From IMG/VR virus record IMGVR_UViG_3300042988_001700, positions 34,489-98,488 of that record: a stretch of 64,000 nucleotides of DNA; one strand, 5' to 3'. Under the pieces are notes generated by a model. That model saw only the letters and a list, made by a program, of their open reading frames with translations, searched no databases and was not told the origin of the DNA. This stretch comes from a virus. The position numbers were made by a program, and so were the translations under genes. This document shows, in pieces, positions 1 through 10,600 of this stretch (position 1 is the first letter of the stretch; every line of letters begins with the position of its first letter).

Positions 1-1
1 A

Positions 2-529
2 AACTTTACCAGAATAGAAATATTTCTCGTAATCAATGAGGCTTCGGTTGGGGAATTTTATGTCATTAATGTTTGTGGTGCAATGTACGACAACACCTCT
101 TTGGGGATCTTCTATCCAAGCAGCAAAGTCATTGTCTGCCAAACCACCGACGAAAACAGCATCGGCACCACGTTTAATTATATCATCATGATAAACAGTA
201 CAGTGTGGACCGCCAACAACTATGTATTCGGCCTTTATTTTGGGCATAATTGAATATAGGGCAAAAGAACGCCTAGATACAGCGCTGAATCCTACGATAT
301 CGGCCTTTTCTGCGTTTATCTTGTCGATAGTCTGCTTTATTGTCAGATTGTCGAACAGTGGATCTATGATAACAACCTCATGGCCACGAAGATTCGATGC
401 AAGAGAAAGAAGTCCAAGGGGAATATATTTAACTGCTGCCGGTTGCACTGCCTTGGGAGTAATCCAACTTTGGTATTCTCCCTCACTCGGAAGCGTTGAT
501 AGGACTATTTTAAACTTTCTTTTCATCAT
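2..529 (-). CDS. B12-binding-domain radical SAM protein, N-terminal part (runs off the window)
   Basis: Manual translation MMKRKFKIVLSTLP...YIPLGLLSLASNL...DIVGFSAVS...IVVGGPHCT matches the cobalamin-binding domain of class B radical SAM enzymes; not in the ORF track because it is truncated. Confidence 0.8.
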   Translation of the reverse strand, partial: MMKRKFKIVLSTLPSEGEYQSWITPKAVQPAAVKYIPLGLLSLASNLRGHEVVIIDPLFDNLTIKQTIDKINAEKADIVGFSAVSRRSFALYSIMPKIKAEYIVVGGPHCTVYHDDIIKRGADAVFVGGLADNDFAAWIEDPQRGVVVHCTTNINDIKFPNRSLIDYEKYFYSGKV

Positions 530-530
530 T

Positions 531-1064
531 TTAACACTCAAGATCGTATAGTCCGCGATAATCAACTATCATCGAATTACCGTTATTGTTCCCAATAGCC
601 TTTGCGTAATACTTTTCGATATCCTCACATTTCCGGCACCTTGTCACACATGTATTGTCGGTATTCTGGTCAAACAGATCGGAAAAATCCTGAAGATGTT
701 GGATGCCCGGGTCGAATGGTTTGTTGTCCCCAACGATCGCCCGGATAATAACGCATGGGTTGTATCTGCCATGGGACAACTCAAATATCTTGTCCATGTG
801 ATTTATTATTTGGTCGGATGCAAGCAGCATAAAGTCATGCCGCTCGAATATTAACACCGGTTTCATACCTGCCATCGACAAACCAGTTGCCATTCCAGCC
901 ATAAGCGCCTCAGCAACAGGCATTTCAATTATCTGTACCGTTGACACCCCTGCCATGGTCCCATAGCATCTTGACCCGTTCTTGAGATTATATCCTATGA
1001 ATACTCTCTTAGGATCGGTTGCCAGTTCAAGCATTTGCTTGTGCAGCGCTTCTTTGTACTTCAT
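531..1064 (-). CDS. TPP-dependent dehydrogenase E1 beta / transketolase pyrimidine-binding domain protein (short)
   Basis: IEMPVAEALMAGMATGLSMAGMKPV...DQIINH motif; coupled to the E1 alpha-like gene. Confidence 0.85.
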   Translation of the reverse strand: MKYKEALHKQMLELATDPKRVFIGYNLKNGSRCYGTMAGVSTVQIIEMPVAEALMAGMATGLSMAGMKPVLIFERHDFMLLASDQIINHMDKIFELSHGRYNPCVIIRAIVGDNKPFDPGIQHLQDFSDLFDQNTDNTCVTRCRKCEDIEKYYAKAIGNNNGNSMIVDYRGLYDLEC

Positions 1065-1678
1065 TACATGTGCCTTTCATTGGTTCCGTAAGCTGGTACG
1101 AATTTACCGGTTTGACAGTGCGGCCATTTGCGCTCGTAATAATATCGACTAACACACGATGGCCAATCTATCGTAAATTCATTAATTCTCTCTAACGCTG
1201 TGGTACAAACGCTCAAACCATTGTCTTCGATTATGAACGTGCATGGTAGTTTCCATGCTTCAACATATCTCACTGATTCATAGAAGACACCTTCGTCTTC
1301 GGCTCCATCTCCAACAAAAACATATACGTGCTCTGTTCCTCCGCGCATTTGGATTGCCTTTGCCACACCAACTGCGATAGGGCAACACCCGGCAACTATT
1401 GACGACGAAAAGAAATTGCATGAATTGTCCATAATGTGCATGCTATTACCGGCCAATATCCACCGCTCAAGAGTAACTGGATTTCCACTCTTTAGAAGGT
1501 AGTGGTAATGGCTCCTCCACGAAGAGAACACCCAATCCTGCTTTCCGATGCCCTTGAATATCTCAATTAGCTGTGTTTCGTTTCCTCCGGATAGATGAAT
1601 CGGGTAAGGAATCTTCCCGGCATGGAATAAATCAACGATATTCTGTTCAAACGCTATCAGATCCTCTTTTTTCATCAT
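1064..1678 (-). CDS. TPP-dependent dehydrogenase E1 alpha-like protein
   Basis: HLSGGNE, WRSHYH, SSIVAG and the TPP-binding GDGA...EDN motif. Confidence 0.88.
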   Translation of the reverse strand: MMKKEDLIAFEQNIVDLFHAGKIPYPIHLSGGNETQLIEIFKGIGKQDWVFSSWRSHYHYLLKSGNPVTLERWILAGNSMHIMDNSCNFFSSSIVAGCCPIAVGVAKAIQMRGGTEHVYVFVGDGAEDEGVFYESVRYVEAWKLPCTFIIEDNGLSVCTTALERINEFTIDWPSCVSRYYYERKWPHCQTGKFVPAYGTNERHM

Positions 1679-1938
1679 TTTTTAATCTTCTTTTGGTGAA
1701 CAAGTTTTACTTTTGCAACAAATTTAGAATTTTTCTTCTCTTGTTTTATGAACATACGTTCGCTATAATTAGGTTTTCCGTATGTAATAACAATCTGATT
1801 CTTTCCTCTCTTTGTTGCCCGTATTCTTTGCTTTGGATTTTCTATCGGGTAACAAAACACAGTAGCGCTTCGTATTCCCGGAATCATAACAGCCTCTATT
1901 GCCTCTATAAAATCTTTTCTTGAAAACGAATGAAACAT
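1675..1938 (-). CDS. hypothetical protein
   Basis: RBS AAGGGGA upstream; overlaps the next gene. Confidence 0.6.
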   Translation of the reverse strand: MFHSFSRKDFIEAIEAVMIPGIRSATVFCYPIENPKQRIRATKRGKNQIVITYGKPNYSERMFIKQEKKNSKFVAKVKLVHQKKIKK

Positions 1939-1950
1939 ACTTCCCCTTTA

Positions 1951-2721
1951 TTAGATTTTAATATTTGCGCAAGAAGCTGGAATCTGTTCTGGGCGAACTA
2001 CGACAACTCCCTGCCATATATTTTCGCAGCCCTTAATATAATGACTTATTGAACCACTCGGTAGAGTATCCCACACATTTCTTTTCCATTCATCGATATT
2101 AACCGAAGAGTATTCATCCTTGTCACCAATAATGCTATTAGCAATCTTCTCTGCTATGTCTTCAAAACTTCTCCTCACCATAGCGAAATGGAATATCGGG
2201 TTTATTATGTGCGCTCTTGGAATAACCGTATTGTAACGTATTCCCTGGTAATCCATGGATGAACGCACGAACACAACCGGAGTTACTTCCCCGGCACCTA
2301 CTATACGATAAAATTGGCTTTTTATATACGTGTCCATGTTAGCGCTGATAGAATTCAAGCACTGGCTATTAAACAGCACGTCCATAGCGTTTTCCCATAC
2401 AGATTCGGTCCACACTTCGTCAGAATCAACCAGCTGGACCCAATCACAACAAGGAATGTTCTTGCGTATATAATCCATCCCAACCGTATATTGTTCTGCC
2501 TGGCTACGTGTTGAAATGTCAATAACATGGATTTTGTTCATCCAATCATTTTTTTTCTTCCAATCAAGAACGACCGAAAGCGTATCGTTTCCCGGCTTTC
2601 CAGACCAACTTATATCCGACGAAACGAAAATCATCTTATGAACATGGTGGTAATTTGACATTATGCTTGGAATGAGAAATTCGTTTCCCCTCCATATTTT
2701 ATAAAGGGAGACGAGCTTCAC
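1951..2721 (-). CDS. glycosyltransferase, GT-A fold (family 2-like)
   Basis: DWVQLVDSDEVW (DxD motif) and C-terminal IFHF. Confidence 0.65.
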   Translation of the reverse strand: MKLVSLYKIWRGNEFLIPSIMSNYHHVHKMIFVSSDISWSGKPGNDTLSVVLDWKKKNDWMNKIHVIDISTRSQAEQYTVGMDYIRKNIPCCDWVQLVDSDEVWTESVWENAMDVLFNSQCLNSISANMDTYIKSQFYRIVGAGEVTPVVFVRSSMDYQGIRYNTVIPRAHIINPIFHFAMVRRSFEDIAEKIANSIIGDKDEYSSVNIDEWKRNVWDTLPSGSISHYIKGCENIWQGVVVVRPEQIPASCANIKI

Positions 2722-3457
2722 TTGATATTCCCTTCTTTATTCTTTCGATGCAATCTGCTTTATCTATGGCACCCCAAAGCCTCATACCTTCCATAGCTGC
2801 ATCGTAATTGCTTTCGGAATACGTTTCCTTTAGGTTTGCGTCATCCGTTACTGAGTCGCAGCCAAGCAAGTGCTTTATCTTAACCTCCGGAACGAACACT
2901 ATTCCATTTTCCAGCGATAGGCCAAGATCCTTGGTATACATATCAAGTCCACGATGGTTCAATGTTCTTGGATAAACATATCCAATAGCATCGACGAACT
3001 TCCATGACCAAATCTCTGCGCCCGGGTGCTGCCATGTGTACCAATCATCGTTCAACATATCGTCACCGCAACACCATCCCCAACCGTTCGACACTTCCAT
3101 GTATCTTTTAATGAGTATTGAATCCCAATTCTGGGTAAGATACAAATGATCGTCGCAGATTATTTGATAGTACGGGATCTCTCTATACATGGAGAACACC
3201 ACATGGTTCACGACTTCTCGTAAGCATCGATGGCGACCGATAACATAATTCAATTCGAATCCGAATCTTTCCTTATGTCCCGCGATCAACTTTTTATAGT
3301 TGTCTATCTGCGGATCGTCGTTGTGGAGATACACAAATATCTGTGTTTTGTCATCCGCCCTCTTCACATAGAACGTTTCAAGCATATCGAAGAGCATTTC
3401 TGGCCGCCGGAACGATGAACAGATCGACAAAAGTCTGGTATTGTACTTGTCTATCAT
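2699..3457 (-). CDS. glycosyltransferase, GT-A fold
   Basis: SSFRRPEML, HNDDPQ, IICDDH...WD, D-x-Y and IKHL motifs. Confidence 0.65.
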   Translation of the reverse strand: MIDKYNTRLLSICSSFRRPEMLFDMLETFYVKRADDKTQIFVYLHNDDPQIDNYKKLIAGHKERFGFELNYVIGRHRCLREVVNHVVFSMYREIPYYQIICDDHLYLTQNWDSILIKRYMEVSNGWGWCCGDDMLNDDWYTWQHPGAEIWSWKFVDAIGYVYPRTLNHRGLDMYTKDLGLSLENGIVFVPEVKIKHLLGCDSVTDDANLKETYSESNYDAAMEGMRLWGAIDKADCIERIKKGISSEARLPL

Positions 3458-3458
3458 A

Positions 3459-4547
3459 TTAAATAAAATTCAAATTTATAGGTTTATTCAGGTAGTCATA
3501 ACAGAACTTATTGGTCGAATCCAACCGGCAGGACCCGCGACACTGCTTGTGGACATCGAAATTGTCTCGCATCTTGGATATCACATCCCAATAGTGCTGG
3601 CTCTCGAATATTGTCTTCAATGAACTCTCATGCACATTCCCGAACTTGTAATCTTTGAACTCGGGCTTATCTCCGAACATGAATCCGCACGGATACCAAT
3701 CGCCATTACCGCTAATTTCAGAGATAAATGGAACACTCTTGCATCCGGTGTACGGGCGAACGCCTTTCTGGTGCATTATATTCCACTTGACTATGACATC
3801 TGTCTTATTTGTTGATAGGCGCTCACACATCATTAGTGCCTGCTGCGTTTCCGGGGAATCATATTCCTTTAAGTCGAAATTTCCGATTCCTGATTCATCG
3901 TCCGGGATAGAACACTGCTTGATAACGAAGTAATCAACGCCAAGGCCAACTGCTAATCTCGACTCCAGTACCATTTCTTCTCGCATTGTGGTTGGAACGA
4001 ATACCGACTGCATGCCAATCTCGCAATCGTATTCATATTTCATCTTGACGCGAACGATCCTCTTGATATTCTCAACTACCTTGTCAAAATAGTCTCTCCC
4101 GTGAACCTCATTGTATCCCTCCCTTGTCCCGGCGCTGATACAGAAGCGCATCCACTTGCACGAAGAAAGAATTTTGTGACACTTTTCCTCGTCGTTTATC
4201 AAAAATCCGTTTGTCGATATCGCCATATCAAGCCCGATGTTCTTGGCAAGGTCAAGAGCGTCATACAAATACGGATTGCAAGTCGGCTCCCCGTCACCAA
4301 TAAAAGCTATCGACTTTACCCCGATGTCCTTTGCATCCCATATTGTTTGAAGCAGCGGCTCTTTTTCAATGAATACCTTTTGAACATCTTGATATTTGCC
4401 ATAGCAGAAAACACATGCCACATTACAGAATTTAGCAATTCCCATATCAATGTGTATAGGCGCAACTCTCCTGCCCTTGTCAAAATGTTCAATAACTCGG
4501 TCCATGTGCCATAGCAGTTTAGTAGAATCGTGCATTCTCTTGTCCAT
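3459..4547 (-). CDS. radical SAM protein with SPASM/twitch domain
   Basis: CNVACVFC (CxxxCxxC), GDGEPT, STNG, C-terminal GDWYPC...GNV...CxxxC. Confidence 0.92.
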   Translation of the reverse strand: MDKRMHDSTKLLWHMDRVIEHFDKGRRVAPIHIDMGIAKFCNVACVFCYGKYQDVQKVFIEKEPLLQTIWDAKDIGVKSIAFIGDGEPTCNPYLYDALDLAKNIGLDMAISTNGFLINDEEKCHKILSSCKWMRFCISAGTREGYNEVHGRDYFDKVVENIKRIVRVKMKYEYDCEIGMQSVFVPTTMREEMVLESRLAVGLGVDYFVIKQCSIPDDESGIGNFDLKEYDSPETQQALMMCERLSTNKTDVIVKWNIMHQKGVRPYTGCKSVPFISEISGNGDWYPCGFMFGDKPEFKDYKFGNVHESSLKTIFESQHYWDVISKMRDNFDVHKQCRGSCRLDSTNKFCYDYLNKPINLNFI

Positions 4548-4747
4548 TAAATATGCCTTTCCGGGATATCGTTCATAGGAATAACCGTGTGATTCTCGTC
4601 CTCATAAACATCTTTTGGCGTGCAGCTCTTTTCAATATCACTCAGTATTCCCCGTGACCAAGCTGCAAAAAACACTGCTACGGCAGCGAACGCACCAACA
4701 CCAATACACAAAACAACAACTCCGTCAGATATCCGATCCATCACCAT
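4547..4747 (-). CDS. small membrane protein
   Basis: one hydrophobic helix; coupled to neighbours. Confidence 0.5.
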   Translation of the reverse strand: MVMDRISDGVVVLCIGVGAFAAVAVFFAAWSRGILSDIEKSCTPKDVYEDENHTVIPMNDIPERHI

Positions 4748-5087
4748 CCCCCAATAGTTTTTTTATATATCCACAACGCTCAGCGAAACGCTCTAAAAGT
4801 CTATTGTTGTTAAATGCTATGAATAGATTTTCCAGTTCGGTATGAATTTTATTAAACTTTTTTTCGTTAGGAAAACTTGTGCTCACCGGAACACTATCGG
4901 GAGACTTGGCTTTGTAAAAACGATGTGTTTTTTTTGCAATGAGTTTTGGATTTACGTGAGTATTGCATTTGTAAAATTCTTCTCCCGGCGCATTTATATC
5001 ACCAATAATATCATCGACACCATTGGCTATATCAGAAATAAATTTTGCGCTATTATCAAGCTGGGATAGTTTTGCTTTTTTCTTCAC
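4725..5087 (-). CDS. hypothetical protein
   Basis: ORF packed into the operon. Confidence 0.55.
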   Translation of the reverse strand: MKKKAKLSQLDNSAKFISDIANGVDDIIGDINAPGEEFYKCNTHVNPKLIAKKTHRFYKAKSPDSVPVSTSFPNEKKFNKIHTELENLFIAFNNNRLLERFAERCGYIKKLLGDGDGSDI

Positions 5088-5688
5088 TTTTCATTCCCTC
5101 AAATATTGATAGAACTTCATTGTTTAACAATGATGTATTGGCTGGATCAATGATCCATCTCCCATCAAGAAACTGTATTCCAAGCTTATCATCATAATTA
5201 CAGACAAGGCGAAATTTTTTATCCACACGGAACTCTCTGCCAGCCTCAAGTCGCGAATCAAACTTTGGAATAACAATCTGTTCTCTCATTATCTTCTCAT
5301 TCCAATCATTGACGGCATCTTCCATAGTATCTTTAGAGTCTGACCGCAGGTAACAATCTGCTCTTCCGCAAAAAACAGCGTATCTTACCTTGTCAGAGCA
5401 CTCTGATTTTTCTACCTCAATATGCGGGGAAATTCCACAATGACAAAGCATTTTTGGAGTATAATCTTTCAACGTTTTATCCTCTTCCTCTTTCTTTTTC
5501 TTTTCCAAATACAAAATATTATTATTCCACAAAGCAACTGCTGAAGCAATGGAACTTTTGCTTTCTGCAATAATTCCACAATTTTCATTAAGGCACATAA
5601 CAGTAAACAAAGAACTTTGACCAAACACCTCTTTTCTTTTACAAACGTTCGGCGTCGATCCGCAAATACATTTAGAAACATCAGCCAT
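5056..5688 (-). CDS. tandem Lar (restriction alleviation)-like zinc-ribbon protein
   Basis: two CxC...CxxxxC...AVxxWN units. Confidence 0.55.
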   Translation of the reverse strand: MADVSKCICGSTPNVCKRKEVFGQSSLFTVMCLNENCGIIAESKSSIASAVALWNNNILYLEKKKKEEEDKTLKDYTPKMLCHCGISPHIEVEKSECSDKVRYAVFCGRADCYLRSDSKDTMEDAVNDWNEKIMREQIVIPKFDSRLEAGREFRVDKKFRLVCNYDDKLGIQFLDGRWIIDPANTSLLNNEVLSIFEGMKSEEKSKTIPA

Positions 5689-5780
5689 AATATACCCCTA
5701 AATCAAAAATGTCCGGGAGAAGTCCATATTGAAGGGAAAGGAATAACCTTCAATGGAGGCATGGACCCTCCCGGTGAATT

Positions 5781-6284
5781 TTACGCTTCCCATCTGCTTT
5801 CGTCGATCATCTTGCCCCACTTGTATATCCTTCGAATAGTCACACGCGCATTGATCTCTTCATCAACGCACTTGATTCCGGCATTGACCAGAACTTTTCG
5901 TATGGCGAACACTGGCTTAATGAAAATAATCGAAATGATCAAACTAAGAATATTGAACGGCATACAGATCGCCCGGATGAACCAAGCCTTTTCTCCAAGC
6001 TTTTTCTCAACGCCCTTAACCAACCAAGCCATGGCAAGGAAGTACACTATACGATCAACCATCTTTATGTATATCATCGGCGTAAGTATCTCAGCCAAAG
6101 CCATTGTGGCCGCATTTACGTTGACGTTACGTACATCAAGGAAGTGTTTCTGCATGCTGGCTCGCTTACGAGCGCGTTTTTCTGCATCCTGCCGGGCAAG
6201 AAGATATTTCTTCTTCTCTTCCATCGTCATATCCTTGACTGCTTTCACAGTGTTGGATCTTTTCATTTTCCTTTCAAAACTCAC
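5781..6284 (-). CDS. hypothetical membrane protein
   Basis: RBS AGGAGG; hydrophobic segments. Confidence 0.6.
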   Translation of the reverse strand: MSFERKMKRSNTVKAVKDMTMEEKKKYLLARQDAEKRARKRASMQKHFLDVRNVNVNAATMALAEILTPMIYIKMVDRIVYFLAMAWLVKGVEKKLGEKAWFIRAICMPFNILSLIISIIFIKPVFAIRKVLVNAGIKCVDEEINARVTIRRIYKWGKMIDESRWEA

Positions 6285-6293
6285 AATACCCTC

Positions 6294-6921
6294 CTAATCG
6301 TGTTTGTTCTCACACATAGCGGATGGCGGGTCAATGTATGCCCACCAAGCAACATGATTAAAAAATGGAAATCCAGAACTTGCCGTAGTTAGATTGTATC
6401 TTCTATTCGGCCTTATCATTGGATCATTCGAAAGAGTTACGATCAAACGCCCATCTTCGGGTTTTTCGCTTGCAGGAAACCAATCCATTACTTTATCACA
6501 ATCCCATGTGTTTTAACCGACCGACGAGCAGCGCGTTCTGCGTCTCGCTGTTTCATTCGCTCTTTAATCTCCGGAGCATCATTCCAATCTATCCTTCCAA
6601 ACCTTTCATCCCATTCTTCGTCCGAACAATCCCGGTTGAGAGAACATTCCCCTCTTGACGCAAATTTATTCAACCGTTTCCGACCCACGATACACCCTCC
6701 TGTTATTTTGTTTTCAGCGCTTCTGGCTTAACCATATCAACCACAGTCTTCTCCACCATCTTTCGGTACGATGTATTGTACTTGATCGTGTTTCCGAACG
6801 TCCAAATTCCATAGATACCGAATCCGATGCAAAAAAGAATAAGAACTACAACAAAAGCATAAAAAACTTTCATAATTTTCCTCTCTTTACCAATCAGTTG
6901 GATAAAAAATTGGAAGAACAT
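6294..6921 (-). CDS. three small hypothetical genes (6294-6488, 6488-6688, 6703-~6873 membrane protein)
   Basis: tight packing, RBSs; MDWFPASEKP start typical of small phage proteins. Confidence 0.5.
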
Positions 6922-7089
6922 GCCTTACTATTTTGCATATCCACCAACAACAAGAGGCCAATAAAACAATAAAAACAAAAAGGGCGATATGCAACAACCT
7001 GTTACTTCGCCCTGACACTTCTTTAGATTTATTACACATAATTTCCTTTTGCATACTAATATAACAAATCTCGTTATAAGTATACAACT

Positions 7090-7449
7090 TTATTTCATTT
7101 TTTTTGTTTTCCTTAGCTCTCTGGGTATCATGGTATAATCTGAAGATTTCTCAACGCGCTCTCCAGCCTCTTTTCCTGACTTCTTTATGGACTCAGAAAC
7201 TTCACGCTTCGCCTTCTCCATGTCCATACTGCCAGCGCCTTCGTTCATACCTCCGTTTTTGTAGCTATTGACTTTTGTCGGCTTTGCATTACCAGCTTTC
7301 TGGTGTGCTGCTGCGGTTGCAATTTGCTGCGCATGCGCCATGCTGCGGGGCGTTGCGTTCCCGATTTTGCCGGTCTCTTTGTATTTGTCGATCATGTCAC
7401 CGATATTTCCGCCTATTGTCTCTATTGAACTACCTGTTTTCAATGGCAT
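7090..7449 (-). CDS. small phage protein (MPLKxGxS...NI...A-x-IA type)
   Basis: RBS AGGAGG; N-terminus resembles a small-protein family seen near phage packaging genes. Confidence 0.6.
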   Translation of the reverse strand: MPLKTGSSIETIGGNIGDMIDKYKETGKIGNATPRSMAHAQQIATAAAHQKAGNAKPTKVNSYKNGGMNEGAGSMDMEKAKREVSESIKKSGKEAGERVEKSSDYTMIPRELRKTKKMK

Positions 7450-7458
7450 AGTTACCTC

Positions 7459-7668
7459 CTACTTCTTGTTAAGTCCACCACATTTAAAACCCTGGATTGC
7501 GTTTCCCTGTTTAGCTCTCGGAACGCTACCGTTTCCCCGGGTTGTCATATAATCTCTCAACGTGAACGCTTTGGGACCTGCTTGCGCCACCTTTTGAACT
7601 GGCTGCACCGCTGGCGTGTTCGATATTGTCTCGATCGGCAGTGGTCGTCTCTGGATCTTAATCGGCAT
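7459..7668 (-). CDS. hypothetical protein
   Basis: RBS AAGGAGG before ATG 7668. Confidence 0.5.
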   Translation of the reverse strand: MPIKIQRRPLPIETISNTPAVQPVQKVAQAGPKAFTLRDYMTTRGNGSVPRAKQGNAIQGFKCGGLNKK

Positions 7669-7688
7669 GATTCCCTCCTTAGTGTGAG

Positions 7689-10600
7689 TTAAACCATCCA
7701 TCCGTCTTTTTGTGTTCTGTCACCTACTATTGACGGTGGTCTTTCTGGCGGGAGGGGAACCCCATCATTATATAATTTTCCCTCTTTTGCCCGTCTTTCT
7801 ACGTCCTGAAAATATGCTGTGCCTTGATATGAGTACGGTTTTAATTTCTTTAGTGCCGGTTCAATCTTTCCCTGCTCCCACAGGATAGATACAACATTAC
7901 AAAATGCTCTTGCAAGCAGGTGTCCACTTTCTGGCTTAGTATCATTCATGGTCCAAGAACTCATTTGCCGTGAGAAATTCTGGCAACAATCATGTATTAA
8001 CAGTTTTCCACGCTCTAAAATCCTTTGACCGTACAGTATTGCACCATTTTCATCATACCGCACGTTCTTACGAAGAGTTATTCTGTACTTTCGGTATGCG
8101 CTGCGCATGTCTCCGCTGCCTGTCTTACTGAACATTTCGTCATTAGCATACCATTCCCAGCCCTGCAAATTGCGATACAAATTTCCAGTTGTCTTCCTGA
8201 TGGATGAAATCAGTGAGGAGATAACGCGCTCTGGTGCCGGTGATCCAAATAGAAATTCATCAAAAACTATCAGTCTTCCGGTCTTTGCAGTCCAAACCAT
8301 GAACAGAACACCAGTATTCTGCGCGCTATCGGTCCACTGGCTGACTATTAACCGCGTACCATTGTCTAAATTGTCCCAACCAATAACAAAATTCGAAGTA
8401 TCGCCCCTATAATCCTTGAACACTCGATTCCCAGACGTAAGCAACTTATACGCTCCCGACACACCATCTATTTGATCCCGCTTCCCAAGAGGAAATGCGC
8501 CTGCTTCTGATAGAAACGACTGATTCCACGGGCCGCGCAATAAAAACACATGTCCATTTTCAGCCAGAGCACACCACGGACGCGCTCTTTCTGTTTTCTC
8601 CCCTGTCGGAGTATCGGCATATACAACGCGATCGGGGAGAACGTTTTTCTTGAAGTGCATTGTAACAAATTTTCCAGCGCTCCCCTTTTCTTCTTCGATT
8701 CCGACCTCAACAACTCTCCCGTCACGATCAGCGCATAGCCGTACCTTGGTCTCAGTGACAGCCGGGGTTGTCCTAAAATGTTCTACGTCTGCTATATACA
8801 AATCAGCGCCATATAAACCAACCTTTGGACCGGCAGTCCAATCCGGATTTTTCCCGGGCTTCACCTCGCTTGCAGCAAAATCCCAATATCTCAGCCACTT
8901 TATACCATCTGGGGCTTGGTCTACAATCTTAAACCATTCAGGCTTAAACATTCCGCCCTTATAGCTGATATTCCAGTTGCCATGTAACAGTCTCTCCTTG
9001 GTAACAGCATCCTGTGCGCTTAGAGTGCTTTTGTATGATGGATCAGCACTTGGGTTGTCGTCTAATGTAGCAGCGATAAACGTAAAACTCTTTGGCGGCT
9101 GCCCGTCCTCATCTCTCCAGTCCTCCGGAACCCATATCACCTTGTCGTCCTGAACTGTCATGTATCTGATTACCCCGGAGCGCTCTTGGATAGCATATCC
9201 TGTGTCTGGATCGATCCACCAATCAACTAACTCACGCACCCAACCTCCAATTGGATCGTCCTTGTCTGTCGGGTTGGTTGTTGCCCTCACATAGCACGGG
9301 CCGACATATTCGTCTGGACGCCGGGACCTTGTCACCAAATACCAGAACTGAGCCCTAGAATTCCCCGTCCAACAACACCTTCCATTTACTCGAATATAAA
9401 AATTATTGTTATCTTCTACTTCTGGACAATAAACCTTACCTGAATACTTTTCAGTATACCAATCGTTTGGCTTTGTCTGACAATGTGACCGCTCAGATAC
9501 AGATATTCTCCACACATCAAACCCAGACTTAGTTCTATGATACGACTTTGTGGCAACAAGTCCCAAGTTAAACGCCATTATCTGTAAATCGTCAATAAGA
9601 CCAGAGCTACATAGCCCAATTGTTATTCCTTTTGACTTGTTTATATATCCATCACCACCAACAAAGCAATCCCAAAAAAGGCGTTGCTGTCTTTTTGAGG
9701 ACCCCAACAACCATTTTGGCAATCTTCTTTCGTGCTGATTTCCGTATGGTTTTAACAAATCATATAGCTGTCGGCTACATATAATAAACGATCCATCTTT
9801 TCTGTATTTCCACCGATAGCCCAACTCGTCAAGAATGTCACTTATTTCTTTGACATGTTCAATTTTTGTCTGTCGTATATTGACTATCCTACTATTTGTT
9901 CTATTTTTCATGGGGAACGCGCACCCCTCAGAAAAATACCAACCAAGAAACTTTATCCAAACATCAATATTCAACTTATTAATGGAATTAGAATTTTTAC
10001 CGTGACCACGCCAATTCGGCATATCAAGTAAAACATCATCAACTTCATTCCCTATAAAATTACCAGACCTTGGAATGTAACATCCTTTTGTTACCTCTTG
10101 TGCCTTTCTGAATTTCCACTCGGTTCTTTTGTTCGAAGAAACCATCACATTATGATTAGGTGTTACCCTAAAGGATACTCCGTTACGCTGTTTTATACAC
10201 TTTAAATCGCCATCGTAATTAAATGCGTGTAGTTGTTTTATTTTTTTGTATTCGATATCCCAACTATGATTCAACGAGGCGGCCTTGTCACCATTGGATA
10301 AATCCTTAATATTTTTCCACCCCGAATCTGTTAAAACATCAGTATCTTCCGTCAAACAAAAATGTGTTAGCTCGTCAAAACCGATAAAAGGATATTGCGC
10401 ACCCTGGTGGTCGAACCTATTCTTCTCATGCTCCAAATGAGAAAAAGCTATTTTTGCTCCTGAAGGAAACCTGTGCGTCAACTTCCCCTCAATCGGTACG
10501 GCTCCCTGGGATCGATATAGATTAACAGATGTGTCCCATAGCCCACCACCAATTGTAACTTGCTTGGATGTTCGGCGAAACGTGACGCCGTTGAAGGCGG

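Noticed and set aside
5617-6297. Long plus-strand ORFs (also 30800-31501, 48081-48698, 49496-50245)
   Set aside because: Shadows of well-supported minus-strand genes, with no recognisable motifs.
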